A stretch of 64,000 nucleotides of DNA, from the NCBI RefSeq assembly GCF_044338195.1, contig NZ_JBIIMC010000008.1, forward strand, positions 10,592 through 74,591, given 5' to 3'. A program made the position numbers and the translations under genes. Of this stretch, positions 1-10,040 are shown piece after piece; the first letter of the stretch is position 1; each line of letters begins with the position of its first letter. The DNA is from Sphingorhabdus sp. GTDB taxonomy: Bacteria > Pseudomonadota > Alphaproteobacteria > Sphingomonadales > Sphingomonadaceae. The notes under the pieces are model-generated. The model searched no databases. It was not told where the DNA came from and saw only the letters and a program-made list of their open reading frames with translations.

Positions 1-121
1 CCTCAATCCAAGTCATCCGACTTATCCAAGCACGCGCGATGTTGCGCACCTCTGCCCACGCTGCAGGCCGGTTATGCAACATGTCGATAACAATATTGGT
101 GTCGAAAAAGCGCTCGCTCAC
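1..121 (-). CDS. vapC: PIN-domain (VapC-like) toxin, 5' part only; runs off the window start
   Basis: Manual translation from GTG at 121 gives MSERFFDTNIVIDMLHNRPAAWAEVRNIARAWISRMTWIE. DTN is the PIN beta-1 motif and the later (S)xxTxxE pattern fits. The GTGA start overlaps the antitoxin stop. Not in the ORF track. Confidence 0.85.
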   Translation of the reverse strand, partial: MSERFFDTNIVIDMLHNRPAAWAEVRNIARAWISRMTWIE

Positions 122-390
122 GCAGCACTGCGTTTCTTTTTGGCCGGAGCAACGTCGCTGACGTCCGGCCATTCATCGCGCAACTGCCGCTCATACTCTA
201 GGCCATCGACCGTCGAGCCATGCCGCTCCCAAAGACCAAAATATTTCTCGAAGCCCTCTTTGTGACTTTCAGCGCGATATGCCTCCACCGCCTCGCGCAA
301 AACCGCCGCGCGGGACTTGCCCTGCTCGGCAGCAAGTTGGTCGAGCCATTTGATGTCTTCATCAGGCAGATCGGCGAGGATACGAGTCAT
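118..390 (-). CDS. Ribbon-helix-helix (CopG/VapB-like) antitoxin
   Basis: 90 aa; RHH pattern MTRILADLPDEDIKWLDQLAAEQGKSRAAVLREAV; translationally coupled to the PIN gene. Confidence 0.85.
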   Translation of the reverse strand: MTRILADLPDEDIKWLDQLAAEQGKSRAAVLREAVEAYRAESHKEGFEKYFGLWERHGSTVDGLEYERQLRDEWPDVSDVAPAKKKRSAA

Positions 391-420
391 GATATATTGA
401 TATCATATCATGATATCATG
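388..420. promoter_or_regulatory. Likely autoregulatory operator of the TA operon
   Basis: Repeated TGATAT/TGATATCA units, including a perfect 12-bp palindrome CATGATATCATG at 409-420, directly upstream of the antitoxin ATG. Confidence 0.6.
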
Positions 421-472
421 TCAATGCAATGATAAGGAATTTGGGCACTTGCCCTTTGACGTCAAGCATCGC

Positions 473-1816
473 TCACTTCCCCTCCTTCTTCTTCCGCATC
501 GCATCGTGAAAACGGTCCGCCCAGCCTGGCTTTACCAGTTGCTCAGCGCGGACCATGCGGAGTTCACCGTCGGCGACGTCGCGTGATACGGCGCTGCCTG
601 CCGCGACAATCGCATCGCGGCCGATTTTGACTGGCGCGATGAGGGCGCTGTTAGAGCCGATGAAAGCGCCTTCGCCAATCACCGTCTGATATTTGAAATA
701 GCCGTCATAATTGCAGGTAATCGTGCCCGCGCCGATATTTGCGCCTGCACCGATGGTCGCATCGCCAAGGTAAGTGAGATGATTGGCCTTCGCACCCTTG
801 CCAAGATGCGCTTTCTTGGTTTCGACGAAATTGCCGATCTTGGCTTTTTCTTCCAGCACCGTTCCGGGCCGCAACCGCGCAAATGGGCCGACTTCACAAC
901 CGCTGGCGATCTGCGCGCCTTCAATATGGCTGTTCGCGCGAATTTTGACGTTATCAGCGATGCGCACGCCGGGACCAAAAAAGACATTAGGTTCAATCAG
1001 CACATCGCGGCCAATTTGCGTGTCCCATGCGAACCAGACAGTGTCCGGCGCGATCAGCGTCGCCCCGTCATCCATCGCCTGCACGCGGCGGCGCTTTTGC
1101 CATTCGGCCTCCATCTCGGCCAATTGTGCGCGGCTGTTGATGCCTGCAACATCAAAGGGATCCGTGGTGACTGCAACGCAAACACGGCCATCGGCGTTCG
1201 CAATGTTAACGATGTCGGTGAGATAATATTCCTTCTGCGCATTGTCGTCCGTCACGCGGTCGAGCAAGCCGAACAGATCGCGTGACTTGACCGCCATCAG
1301 GCCGGAATTGGACAGCTTCACCGCCTTTTCAGCTTCGGTTGCGTCCTTCTGTTCGACCATTTTAACGATGCGGCCATCTTCGACAATCACACGTCCATAG
1401 CCCGTTGGATTCTCCGGCTCGAACGCCAATACAACCACGGCAGGCGCGTCGGCGGCGTTCAGTCTTTCGACCATCGCCTGCATTGTTGCCGTCGGCACGA
1501 ACGGAACATCGCCGTAGAGAATGAGGACATCGCCATCAAAGCCAGCCAGCGCGCCTTGCGCCTGCTGCACGGCATGGCCTGTTCCATGTTGCGGTTCTTG
1601 CACCGCCAATTCTGCGGACCCGGCCAAGGCGGCTTCAAGCTGTTCCTTGCCACTGCCGACCACCACAATTTTTTTGGCAGGACTTAAGGCATCAACCGAC
1701 GCCATCAGGTGCATCAGCATTGGCCGGCTGGCGATAGGATGCAGGACCTTGTGCAAGTCGGATTTCATGCGAGTGCCCTTGCCCGCGGCAAGGATGATGG
1801 CAGCTAATTCAGTCAT
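473..1816 (-). CDS. glmU: Bifunctional UDP-GlcNAc pyrophosphorylase / GlcN-1-P acetyltransferase
   Basis: ILAAGKGTRMKS motif, C-terminal hexapeptide repeats, GAGTITCNYDG. Start set at MTELAA rather than the ORF-track extension. Confidence 0.97.
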   Translation of the reverse strand: MTELAAIILAAGKGTRMKSDLHKVLHPIASRPMLMHLMASVDALSPAKKIVVVGSGKEQLEAALAGSAELAVQEPQHGTGHAVQQAQGALAGFDGDVLILYGDVPFVPTATMQAMVERLNAADAPAVVVLAFEPENPTGYGRVIVEDGRIVKMVEQKDATEAEKAVKLSNSGLMAVKSRDLFGLLDRVTDDNAQKEYYLTDIVNIANADGRVCVAVTTDPFDVAGINSRAQLAEMEAEWQKRRRVQAMDDGATLIAPDTVWFAWDTQIGRDVLIEPNVFFGPGVRIADNVKIRANSHIEGAQIASGCEVGPFARLRPGTVLEEKAKIGNFVETKKAHLGKGAKANHLTYLGDATIGAGANIGAGTITCNYDGYFKYQTVIGEGAFIGSNSALIAPVKIGRDAIVAAGSAVSRDVADGELRMVRAEQLVKPGWADRFHDAMRKKKEGK

Positions 1817-1877
1817 GTGCAGTGTCATGCCAGCAAATTGTTGCGGTTTCCAGAACTTGCAGCCATTTGGGAGCGAT

Positions 1878-2549
1878 ATGACAAAAATTCCTTTCGACAT
1901 CATCGGCTTCGACCTTGACGGCACGTTAGTGGATACCAGCGGCGACCTGACTGCCGCGGTCAACCATGTCCTCACCAGCGTCGGCAGACCCGCGCTTTTG
2001 GCCGAAACGGTCAAGCAACATATCGGCGGCGGGGCAAAGCTGATGTTGCAACAGGGGTTGGAGGCAACAGGCGGCGTTCCCGATGGCGATTTCAAACCGC
2101 TCTATCGCCAGATGTTGGCTTATTATGAAGCCAATGTGTCGGTCCACAGTCGGCCTTTTGACGGTGCGCTGAAATTGCTGGATGAATTGGACGCGATGGG
2201 CGTCCGTTATGCCGTAGTGACCAACAAGTTTGAGAGCCTGGCGGTCAAGCTGCTGAACGACCTGAACCTTGCACATCGCATGGGCTGCATTTTGGGCGCG
2301 GACACGTTGGGCAAGGAAAATGCCAAACCATCCGGCGCGCCGATCTTTGAAATGGTCAAAAGATGCGGCGGCGGACGTGCGGCCTATATTGGCGATTCCA
2401 TCTACGACATCATGGCCGCGAAAAATGCCGATGTCCCGAGTGTGGCCGTGAGCTTTGGTTTCCTGCACGGGCCAGTGGAGGATATGGGCGCAGATGCCAT
2501 CATTGACCATTTTGATGATCTGATCGCGGCTTTGCGAAACCTCTCCTGA
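1878..2549 (+). CDS. gph: HAD-family phosphatase (phosphoglycolate phosphatase-like)
   Basis: FDLDGTLVDT (motif I), VVTNK, KP and YIGDS motifs. Confidence 0.88.
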   Translation: MTKIPFDIIGFDLDGTLVDTSGDLTAAVNHVLTSVGRPALLAETVKQHIGGGAKLMLQQGLEATGGVPDGDFKPLYRQMLAYYEANVSVHSRPFDGALKLLDELDAMGVRYAVVTNKFESLAVKLLNDLNLAHRMGCILGADTLGKENAKPSGAPIFEMVKRCGGGRAAYIGDSIYDIMAAKNADVPSVAVSFGFLHGPVEDMGADAIIDHFDDLIAALRNLS

Positions 2550-2675
2550 TCAAATGTCCGTTATTTGATCGGCGATGCTTGCACGCAAAAACTGCGTCTA
2601 TATGTGGGACAATGTAACCGGTAATAGCGCACAAGGGACTGCCGCCGATCAGGCTGACATGGACGGGTTAATAAA

Positions 2676-3917
2676 TTGAACAGTTGGTTTTCTCCCCGCG
2701 TAATCTTTGCCTTTGGCCTTGCTTTTGTTGGCGCCGTTTTTGCAGGGCAAATGATTGGCGTCGCCGAACGTATCCTAATTGTGTTGGTATCCATGCTGAT
2801 TGCTTTGTTCGTCGTGGCCGAAGGGCATGACCAGGATGAAGCCGTTATCGATACGCCGCGGTCAGACGAACCGCCAGCGATCGATGCTGCCTCAATCACA
2901 TCGCACCCCCAGTTGCAGGCGTTCATCGATGCATCAACCGATGCGATATTGATGGTGGAAAACGCACGCGTAACGGCTGCGAATGTGGTCGCGTTGCGCT
3001 TATTAGGTAGCAATATTGTTGGTCAGAATGTCCGAATGGCATTTCGGCATGCCGGTGCAATTGAGCGGCTGTCTGATCCGGATGCCCAGCACAGCGGCCA
3101 CCCCATAAAGTTAACAGGCATCGGTCAGAAAAACCAGTTGTGGGAAATGCGTATCCAGATGATGGGACCCGGACAGAAGATTGTCCATTTGGCCGACCGC
3201 AGTGGCACACAAGCCGCCGAAAAGATGCGCGTTGATTTCGTTGCCAATGCCAGCCACGAACTGTTGACGCCGCTCGCTGCAGTTAAAGGGTTCATCGAAA
3301 CATTGGACGATCCCGCTGCTGGCGAAGACCCAGCCACGCGCAGTCGATTCTTGGGCATCATGGCGACAGAAACCGATCGCATGCAGGCGCTGGTGCGCGA
3401 CCTTATGTCGCTTAGCCGCATTGAAGCCGAAAAATATGATCCGCCGCAAACGCCCGTCGATTTTGCCCAAATCGTGCTGGAAACCGTAGACCAGCTTCGC
3501 AATAGTCAAAAGGACCGCGGCGCAGACATTTCTCTCGACATCACCGCGGATTTACCTGCAGTGATTGGCGACGCGGGCCAATTGCGGCAGCTTGCCAATA
3601 ATATTCTGAACAACGCCATGAAATATGGAAAAGACGGTACTCCAGTTCTGGTCTCGCTTATTTCATCGCGATCTGGCGCCATGCTGAACTTCGCAGTTGC
3701 GGATGAAGGCGACGGAATTGCGCCCGAACATTTACCGCGGCTGACGGAACGTTTTTATCGCGTCGATTCGGGGCGCAGTCGGCTGGTTGGCGGCACGGGT
3801 CTGGGGCTTAGCCTGGTGAAACATATTGTGGACCGGCACCGCGGCCATCTGGAAATCCGCAGCACTGTGGGAAAAGGCACCACGGTATCGATTCTGCTTC
3901 CCGTTTCACCGGCATGA
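2676..3917 (+). CDS. phoR: Phosphate regulon sensor histidine kinase
   Basis: DFVANASHELLTPL H-box, NAMKY N-box, DEGDGI and GGTGLGLS G-boxes; first gene of the pst/pho block. Confidence 0.93.
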   Translation: MNSWFSPRVIFAFGLAFVGAVFAGQMIGVAERILIVLVSMLIALFVVAEGHDQDEAVIDTPRSDEPPAIDAASITSHPQLQAFIDASTDAILMVENARVTAANVVALRLLGSNIVGQNVRMAFRHAGAIERLSDPDAQHSGHPIKLTGIGQKNQLWEMRIQMMGPGQKIVHLADRSGTQAAEKMRVDFVANASHELLTPLAAVKGFIETLDDPAAGEDPATRSRFLGIMATETDRMQALVRDLMSLSRIEAEKYDPPQTPVDFAQIVLETVDQLRNSQKDRGADISLDITADLPAVIGDAGQLRQLANNILNNAMKYGKDGTPVLVSLISSRSGAMLNFAVADEGDGIAPEHLPRLTERFYRVDSGRSRLVGGTGLGLSLVKHIVDRHRGHLEIRSTVGKGTTVSILLPVSPA

Positions 3918-3919
3918 CC

Positions 3920-3946
3920 GTCACAATAGTGTAACACAAGAGTCAT
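3920..3946 (+). promoter_or_regulatory. Three-unit pho box upstream of pstS
   Basis: GTCAC (3920), GTAAC (3931), GTCAT (3942): exact 11-bp periodicity, matching the PhoB repeat. Confidence 0.8.
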
Positions 3947-4009
3947 TTATCAGCCATCTGCGGCGTCTAATGGACCCGGGAGCGCAGTTCGATCTGTGCC
4001 GAATCCACT

Positions 4010-5077
4010 ATGGGGACAACAGTTATGATTAAGAAAATTTCACTTGTTGCCATCAGCGCGCTCGCGCTTGCGGCATGTAATGACCAGGCAAGCACGGGTG
4101 GGGCCGCTGGCGGCTCGCGTCAGGAAATCCGCATTGTGGGTTCATCGACGGTATTTCCATTCGCAAAGGCCGCATCTGAAGCGTTCGCTAAAGCCGATCC
4201 TTCACGCAAATCACCTGTTCTGGAATCGACCGGAACCGGCGGCGGAATTGAACAATTCTGCAAAGGCGTTGGCGCAGAGACACCAGACATCGCAAATGCT
4301 TCACGTCGCATGAAGAAGAGCGAATTCGAAAATTGCCAGAAGAATGGCGTTAAGGACATTATCGAAGTTCAGGTTGGCATTGACGGTCTGGCGCTTGCAC
4401 AGTCAAACAAGGGCACCAAGTTCGAATTGTCGACCGCTGATGTCTACAAGGCACTCGCAGCCAACCCGTTTGGTAAGCCACAGACTGCAAAGCTTTGGTC
4501 GGACGTAAACCCGTCGCTGCCTAAATTGCCAATCTCGGTATATGGCCCGCCAACGACATCCGGCACACGCGATTCATTCCATGAGCTGATCATGGAAGCC
4601 GGTTGCAAATCCGACGCGGCAACCAAGGCGTTGAAGGACACCGACGAAGACAAGTATAAAGCAATTTGCACCGAAATCCGCACCGATGGCGCTTTCAAGG
4701 AGCAAGGCGAAAACGACAACCTGATCGTGCAGAAGCTCGATTCCAACCCCAACATGGTTGGCATCTTTGGCTACAGCTACATGGAAGAAAATGCATCCAA
4801 GGTACACGGCATCGTGATGAACGGCGTCAACCCGACAGTCGCGACGATTTCGGACGGTAGCTACCCCGGTGCGCGCAAGATGTTCATCTATGTCAAGAAA
4901 GCCCACATCGGTAAAATTCCTGGCATTAAGGAATTTATTGTCGAGTTTCTTAAGGGTGGCGCAGTTGGCGGATATCTGACCAAATTGGGCATGATTGCAT
5001 CGACTGAAGCAGACTATAAAGCGGCAAACGAAGCTGCAAACAGCCTCAATCCCATGACGGGCGCAGATTTGAAATAA
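4010..5077 (+). CDS. pstS: Phosphate ABC transporter substrate-binding lipoprotein (likely start ~4025)
   Basis: Lipobox LALAAC; IVGSSTV, STGTGGG and SGTRDSF motifs. Confidence 0.95.
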   Translation: MGTTVMIKKISLVAISALALAACNDQASTGGAAGGSRQEIRIVGSSTVFPFAKAASEAFAKADPSRKSPVLESTGTGGGIEQFCKGVGAETPDIANASRRMKKSEFENCQKNGVKDIIEVQVGIDGLALAQSNKGTKFELSTADVYKALAANPFGKPQTAKLWSDVNPSLPKLPISVYGPPTTSGTRDSFHELIMEAGCKSDAATKALKDTDEDKYKAICTEIRTDGAFKEQGENDNLIVQKLDSNPNMVGIFGYSYMEENASKVHGIVMNGVNPTVATISDGSYPGARKMFIYVKKAHIGKIPGIKEFIVEFLKGGAVGGYLTKLGMIASTEADYKAANEAANSLNPMTGADLK

Positions 5078-5101
5078 AACTGCAACAATCATCGCGTCTA
5101 T

Positions 5102-5135
5102 GGGCCTGGATCGAATCTCTATTTGATCCGGGCCC
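5102..5135 (+). other. Intercistronic stem-loop after pstS (mRNA stabiliser or partial terminator)
   Basis: 15-bp arms GGGCCTGGATCGAAT / ATTTGATCCGGGCCC (two G-U pairs); no U-tract. Confidence 0.6.
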
Positions 5136-5203
5136 ATTGTTATTTTGGGTTGTTTTTCGTCGGTTTTCGGCCAATTTTGGTCCATGGGAGCAATGTTAAG
5201 TTT

Positions 5204-6592
5204 ATGACCGGAACGGCTTTGCTCTTCCTTGTCCTTGGTCTCGGCCTCATTGGCTGGATCGTTGGGCGTGCCCGCGCGTCGGGTTTCGTCCGCAAGGCAA
5301 AGGGCGGCCCGCGCGGAACTGTGAACAGCCTGCCTTATTATCACGGTTGGTTTGTTGCGATTTGTGCCGTTGCGCCTGCGCTGATGTTCATGGTCATTTG
5401 GCAGTCGCTTTCGCCATCGCTGGTCACCAATATGGTGCTGTCGGCACCGATCGCCGCTGAATTGCCACAAGACACCTTTGCCCGCGCAGCCATATTGTCT
5501 GAAGCACGCGCCATAGCGCAGGGTTTTCAAGCAACCGCATTTCAGGACATGAGCGACAAGCTTGTTCCTTTATACAAAGGCGCTTTGTCATATTATAAGT
5601 GGCTCGGCGTCGCCGCGACATTGTTGTTGTTGTTCGCTGGCTGCGCTTTTGCATTTACCCGTCTGAAACCGGACTTTCGCGCGCGCAGTAAAGTCGAACG
5701 CGTCATTATGTTCGGGCTGCTTGTCGCATCGCTGATCGCCATCATCACCACGCTTGGTATATTTGCATCGCTGATATTCGAGACTTGGCGCTTCTTCTCA
5801 ATGGTGTCGCCAGTTGAGTTCCTGTTCGGAACCGACTGGAACCCAAAATCGGTTATCACGCCGGGCGCGGATAATGGCTATGGCGCCATACCATTATTCT
5901 GGGGCACGATTTTCATTGGCGCGATTATCGCGATGATCGTTGCGATCCCGCTGGGTCTGATGAGCGCCATCTTCCTGACGCAATATGCATCCTTCACTGT
6001 CCGTAAGTGGATGAAGCCGATTCTGGAAATCCTCGCTGGCGTGCCCACCGTGGTATATGGCTATTTTGCGGCCTTAACCGTGGCGCCCGCCGTGCGTGAC
6101 TTTGCGGTCATGCTGGGTGTTAGCAACGCAGCATCTGATAACGCGCTTGCCGCGGGTATCGTCATGGGCGTGATGATTATTCCATTGGTATCGTCCATGT
6201 CGGATGACAGCATTGCCGCAGTTCCCAGCGCGATGCGCGATGGCAGTCTGGCCATGGGTGCGACCAAGAGCGAAACGATTAAAAAAGTGCTGTTGCCCGC
6301 CGCACTTCCGGGCGTGGTCGGGGGCATATTGCTCGCCGTCAGCCGCGCGATTGGCGAAACCATGATTGTGGTGATGGCCGCAGGCTACACCGCGAACCTG
6401 ACTGCAAATCCGTTTGACACGATCACCACCATTACCGTTCAGATCGTCGCGCTTTTGACGGGCGATCAGGATTTTGGCAGCCCGCACACGCTTGCCGCGT
6501 TCGCGCTTGGCCTCACATTGTTCGTAACAACATTCTTCCTCAACTATGCCGCGCTGCGCGTGGTCAAAAAATATCGGGAAGCATATGAATAA
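5204..6592 (+). CDS. pstC: Phosphate ABC transporter permease
   Basis: KPILEILAGVPTVVYG; RAIGETMIVVMAAG; start set at MTGTALL. Confidence 0.95.
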   Translation: MTGTALLFLVLGLGLIGWIVGRARASGFVRKAKGGPRGTVNSLPYYHGWFVAICAVAPALMFMVIWQSLSPSLVTNMVLSAPIAAELPQDTFARAAILSEARAIAQGFQATAFQDMSDKLVPLYKGALSYYKWLGVAATLLLLFAGCAFAFTRLKPDFRARSKVERVIMFGLLVASLIAIITTLGIFASLIFETWRFFSMVSPVEFLFGTDWNPKSVITPGADNGYGAIPLFWGTIFIGAIIAMIVAIPLGLMSAIFLTQYASFTVRKWMKPILEILAGVPTVVYGYFAALTVAPAVRDFAVMLGVSNAASDNALAAGIVMGVMIIPLVSSMSDDSIAAVPSAMRDGSLAMGATKSETIKKVLLPAALPGVVGGILLAVSRAIGETMIVVMAAGYTANLTANPFDTITTITVQIVALLTGDQDFGSPHTLAAFALGLTLFVTTFFLNYAALRVVKKYREAYE

Positions 6593-7850
6593 AGCCGTCA
6601 TCGACCCAAGCCCGACCGACTGGAACGGGCCGATCATGCAAAAGCGTATTGCCAGCCGTTATGCGGCTGAGCGCCGCTTTAAAGCGATGGGCTTTATTGC
6701 GGTCGCGCTATCGACGCTTTTCCTTGCGTTTCTGTTGTTCACCATGCTTGGCCAAGGCCTGCGTGGCTTTCAGCGCACAGAACTCGCGGTGGAGTTTGAT
6801 TTTCCGGCACTCACCTCTGGCGCGACTGCTGCGTCAGTCACTGGTCCAAATGCCGATGCGGCCTTGAATTCGATGGACATTCCCGGCCTCGTCGAATTGG
6901 CTGTTGGGCAACAATATGCTGGCTTGGGCGACAGCCTACTGACATCCGCCGCGGCAGCAAATGTGCGGCAGATGTTGATAGACAATCCAGAATTGGTGAC
7001 GTCCAAACAAACGCTTTGGTTGCCAGCGGATTCCCGATTGGACGTGGCATTCAAACGCCAAGGCGAGCCAGCAGCGGAAAAGACGGTTGCTGCGCTCTCT
7101 GAAAAGGATGCTTTGCGCACGGGCTTTAACTGGACATTCCTAACGGGTGCAGATGCGACAGACCCATCTGCGGTTGGCATTTGGGCCGCGTTCAAGGGGT
7201 CGCTGATGACGATGGCGATTACCCTGTTGCTCGCCTTTCCCGTCGGCGTCCTCGCAGCATTATATTTGGAAGAATATGCGCCGAAAAACAGACTGACGGA
7301 CATGATTGAAGTGTCCATCAACAACCTCGCCGCTGTTCCGTCGATCATCTTTGGTCTTTTGGGGCTCGCGGTGTTTCTCTCCATTTTCGGCATGCCGCGA
7401 TCATCCGCATTGGTGGGCGGGTTAACACTCGCGCTGATGACAATGCCCGTCATCGTCATTGCCGGCCGCAACGCCGTCAAATCCGTGCCGCCGTCGATCC
7501 GCGAAGCGGCATTAGGTATCGGCGCGTCACCGGTCCAAGTCGTTTTCCACCATGTACTGCCGCTTGCCCTCCCCGGTATCCTAACGGGCACCATCATCGG
7601 TATGGCACGTGCCCTTGGGGAAACGGCGCCACTGCTGATGATCGGCATGCGCGCCTTCATTCCCGCGGCGCCAGAAGGCTTTACAGACGCTGCAACGGCA
7701 TTGCCGGTGCAAATTTACCTGTGGTCGGATGAAGTCAATCAGGGCTTTGTCGAAAAAACCAGTGCAGCAATCATTGTGTTGCTGATATTCCTGTTGGGAA
7801 TGAACGCGTTGGCCATTTATCTTCGCAACCGTTTTGAAACGCGGTGGTGA
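6585..7850 (+). CDS. pstA: Phosphate ABC transporter permease
   Basis: NLAAVPSIIFGLLG, REAALGIGA, ARALGETAPL; ATG overlaps the end of pstC. Confidence 0.95.
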   Translation: MNKAVIDPSPTDWNGPIMQKRIASRYAAERRFKAMGFIAVALSTLFLAFLLFTMLGQGLRGFQRTELAVEFDFPALTSGATAASVTGPNADAALNSMDIPGLVELAVGQQYAGLGDSLLTSAAAANVRQMLIDNPELVTSKQTLWLPADSRLDVAFKRQGEPAAEKTVAALSEKDALRTGFNWTFLTGADATDPSAVGIWAAFKGSLMTMAITLLLAFPVGVLAALYLEEYAPKNRLTDMIEVSINNLAAVPSIIFGLLGLAVFLSIFGMPRSSALVGGLTLALMTMPVIVIAGRNAVKSVPPSIREAALGIGASPVQVVFHHVLPLALPGILTGTIIGMARALGETAPLLMIGMRAFIPAAPEGFTDAATALPVQIYLWSDEVNQGFVEKTSAAIIVLLIFLLGMNALAIYLRNRFETRW

Positions 7851-7853
7851 TTT

Positions 7854-8648
7854 ATGAACAAAAAGGACGTTAATGTGGGCGCAACCCCCGGAAATCCGAA
7901 AATATCCACGCGCAATGTGAATGTTTTTTATGGCGATAAACAAGCGATAAACAACGTATCCATTGACGTCGACCGCGAAAATGTGACTGCCTTCATTGGC
8001 CCGTCGGGCTGTGGTAAGTCGACCTTCCTGCGGTCACTTAACCGCATGAACGACACCGTGATTGGTGCACGCGTCGAAGGCGAGATTTTGCTCGATGGGC
8101 AAGACATCTACGCATCATCGATGGACGTCGTACAATTGCGCGCCCGCGTTGGCATGGTTTTCCAGAAACCAAATCCGTTTCCCAAATCCATTTATGACAA
8201 TGTTGCTTATGGCCCGCGGATCCACGGGCTGGCGAGCGGCAAGGCAGAACTGGACCAGATCGTGGAAGGCTCACTGACACGGGCCGGTTTGTGGACCGAG
8301 GTCAAGGATCGGCTGAACGAAAGCGGTACTGCGCTCTCCGGCGGTCAGCAGCAGCGTCTCTGTATTGCCCGCGCCATTGCCGTTGATCCCGAAGTCATTT
8401 TGATGGACGAACCTTGTTCGGCGCTCGATCCCATCGCGACAGCGCGGATTGAGGAGTTAATTCACGACCTGCGCGGAAAATATGCTATTATCATCGTAAC
8501 GCATAATATGCAGCAGGCGGCGCGTGTGTCACAACGCACCGCATTCTTCCATTTGGGCAATCTCATTGAATTTGGTGAGACATCCGAGATATTTACCAAT
8601 CCACGCGAAGACCGCACCAAGGATTATATTACAGGCCGCTACGGTTAG
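7854..8648 (+). CDS. pstB: Phosphate ABC transporter ATPase
   Basis: [42 protein letters not shown]. Confidence 0.97.
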   Translation: MNKKDVNVGATPGNPKISTRNVNVFYGDKQAINNVSIDVDRENVTAFIGPSGCGKSTFLRSLNRMNDTVIGARVEGEILLDGQDIYASSMDVVQLRARVGMVFQKPNPFPKSIYDNVAYGPRIHGLASGKAELDQIVEGSLTRAGLWTEVKDRLNESGTALSGGQQQRLCIARAIAVDPEVILMDEPCSALDPIATARIEELIHDLRGKYAIIIVTHNMQQAARVSQRTAFFHLGNLIEFGETSEIFTNPREDRTKDYITGRYG

Positions 8649-8659
8649 GAATTAATAGC

Positions 8660-9331
8660 ATGAGCACAGGCACAAGGCACACCATTAGCGCGTTTGACGA
8701 TGACATGGACGAAATCCGTGGCCTCATCGCCGAGATGGGTGCGCGCGCCGAGACTGCGGTCGTTGCAGCCATGAAAGCGTTATCGGAACATGACGTCGAA
8801 CTGGCAGCCTCCGTTCGTGCCGAAGACAAAGTGATCGACACTCTTGAGACCGACGTCGAACGCTTGGTTGTGCGCACCATTGCCCTACGCGCGCCGATGG
8901 CCGACGATTTGCGTGAGCTTATCGCCGCACTCAAAATGTCTGCGGTTATTGAACGCATTGGTGACTACGCGAAAAACATCGCCAAGCGTGTTCCGAAGAT
9001 GGAAGGCAAAATTCACGCCTCCGCAAAAGAACAGCTGGGCCGCATGGGTGAAATCGTTGTCGAAATGATCCGCACCGCCATGGATGCTTATGCAAAGCGT
9101 GACATTGATCTGGCCCGTGCAGTGACCATTCGTGACGACGACGTTGACCAGCTTAACAAAGATCTGTTCGTCGACTTTGTCGCATATGTGGCGAAAAACC
9201 CCAAAAATGCGACGGAAGTCGCCCATCTGCTTTTTACGGCCAAAAATCTGGAGCGGATTGGAGACCATACCACCACCGTTGCCCAGATGATTTACTTTAC
9301 CGAAACGGGTGAAAACCTGCCCGACGCTTAA
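8660..9331 (+). CDS. phoU: Phosphate signalling complex protein
   Basis: Two ERIGD repeats; position in the pst operon. Confidence 0.95.
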   Translation: MSTGTRHTISAFDDDMDEIRGLIAEMGARAETAVVAAMKALSEHDVELAASVRAEDKVIDTLETDVERLVVRTIALRAPMADDLRELIAALKMSAVIERIGDYAKNIAKRVPKMEGKIHASAKEQLGRMGEIVVEMIRTAMDAYAKRDIDLARAVTIRDDDVDQLNKDLFVDFVAYVAKNPKNATEVAHLLFTAKNLERIGDHTTTVAQMIYFTETGENLPDA

Positions 9332-9344
9332 CGCGGAGAGACAT

Positions 9345-10040
9345 ATGCCCAAGGCGCAATTGCTGTTGGTTGAAGACGATAGTGCTCTGGCCGAGCTGGT
9401 GCGCTGGCATTTTGAACGCGAGGATTTCGACGTTCAGCATACCGGGGACGGTGAAGAAGCGCTGCTGATGGCCAAAGAACGCACGCCCGATCTGGTTTTG
9501 CTGGATTGGATGTTGGAGAATCTGTCGGGCATCGAAGTGTGTCGGCAATTACGCAAAGCGGACAACACCGCCAATGTGCCAATCATCATGTTGACGGCTC
9601 GCGGTGAAGAAGACGACCGTATTCGCGGACTTGAAATCGGCGCTGATGATTATGTCACCAAGCCTTTTTCACCACGCGAATTGGTTGCCCGTGCAAAGGC
9701 CGTTCTACGCAGGGTCCGTCCCGCGCTGGCAGGCGAAGCGCTGCGCTTTGGTGACGTCGAAATGGATACGGTCGCGCACAAGGTAAAACGTGGCGGAAAA
9801 CAGGTTCCGCTTGGGCCAACCGAATACCGGTTGCTGAAGCATTTCCTCGAATATCCGGGCCATGTATTCTCGCGTGAGCGCCTTTTGGACAGTGTCTGGG
9901 GCCATGACAGCGATATCGAGATCCGCACCGTGGACGTCCACATCCGCCGCTTGCGCAAAGCCCTAAATGAGGGCTTTGACAGCGATATCATCCGGACGGT
10001 GCGCTCGGCAGGCTATTCGCTTGATCAGGACGCGGTTTAG
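9345..10040 (+). CDS. phoB: Phosphate regulon response regulator
   Basis: Receiver domain (LLVEDD, LLDWML) plus OmpR-type wHTH (RTVDVHIRRLRK, IRTVRSAGY). Confidence 0.96.
   Translation: MPKAQLLLVEDDSALAELVRWHFEREDFDVQHTGDGEEALLMAKERTPDLVLLDWMLENLSGIEVCRQLRKADNTANVPIIMLTARGEEDDRIRGLEIGADDYVTKPFSPRELVARAKAVLRRVRPALAGEALRFGDVEMDTVAHKVKRGGKQVPLGPTEYRLLKHFLEYPGHVFSRERLLDSVWGHDSDIEIRTVDVHIRRLRKALNEGFDSDIIRTVRSAGYSLDQDAV

Noticed and set aside
473-2095. ORF-track N-terminal extensions (glmU, pstC, pstA, aldehyde dehydrogenase, fumarase, gluQ, bCerS, pduO)
   Set aside because: The extensions overlap neighbouring genes or promoters and lack family similarity, so downstream starts were chosen.
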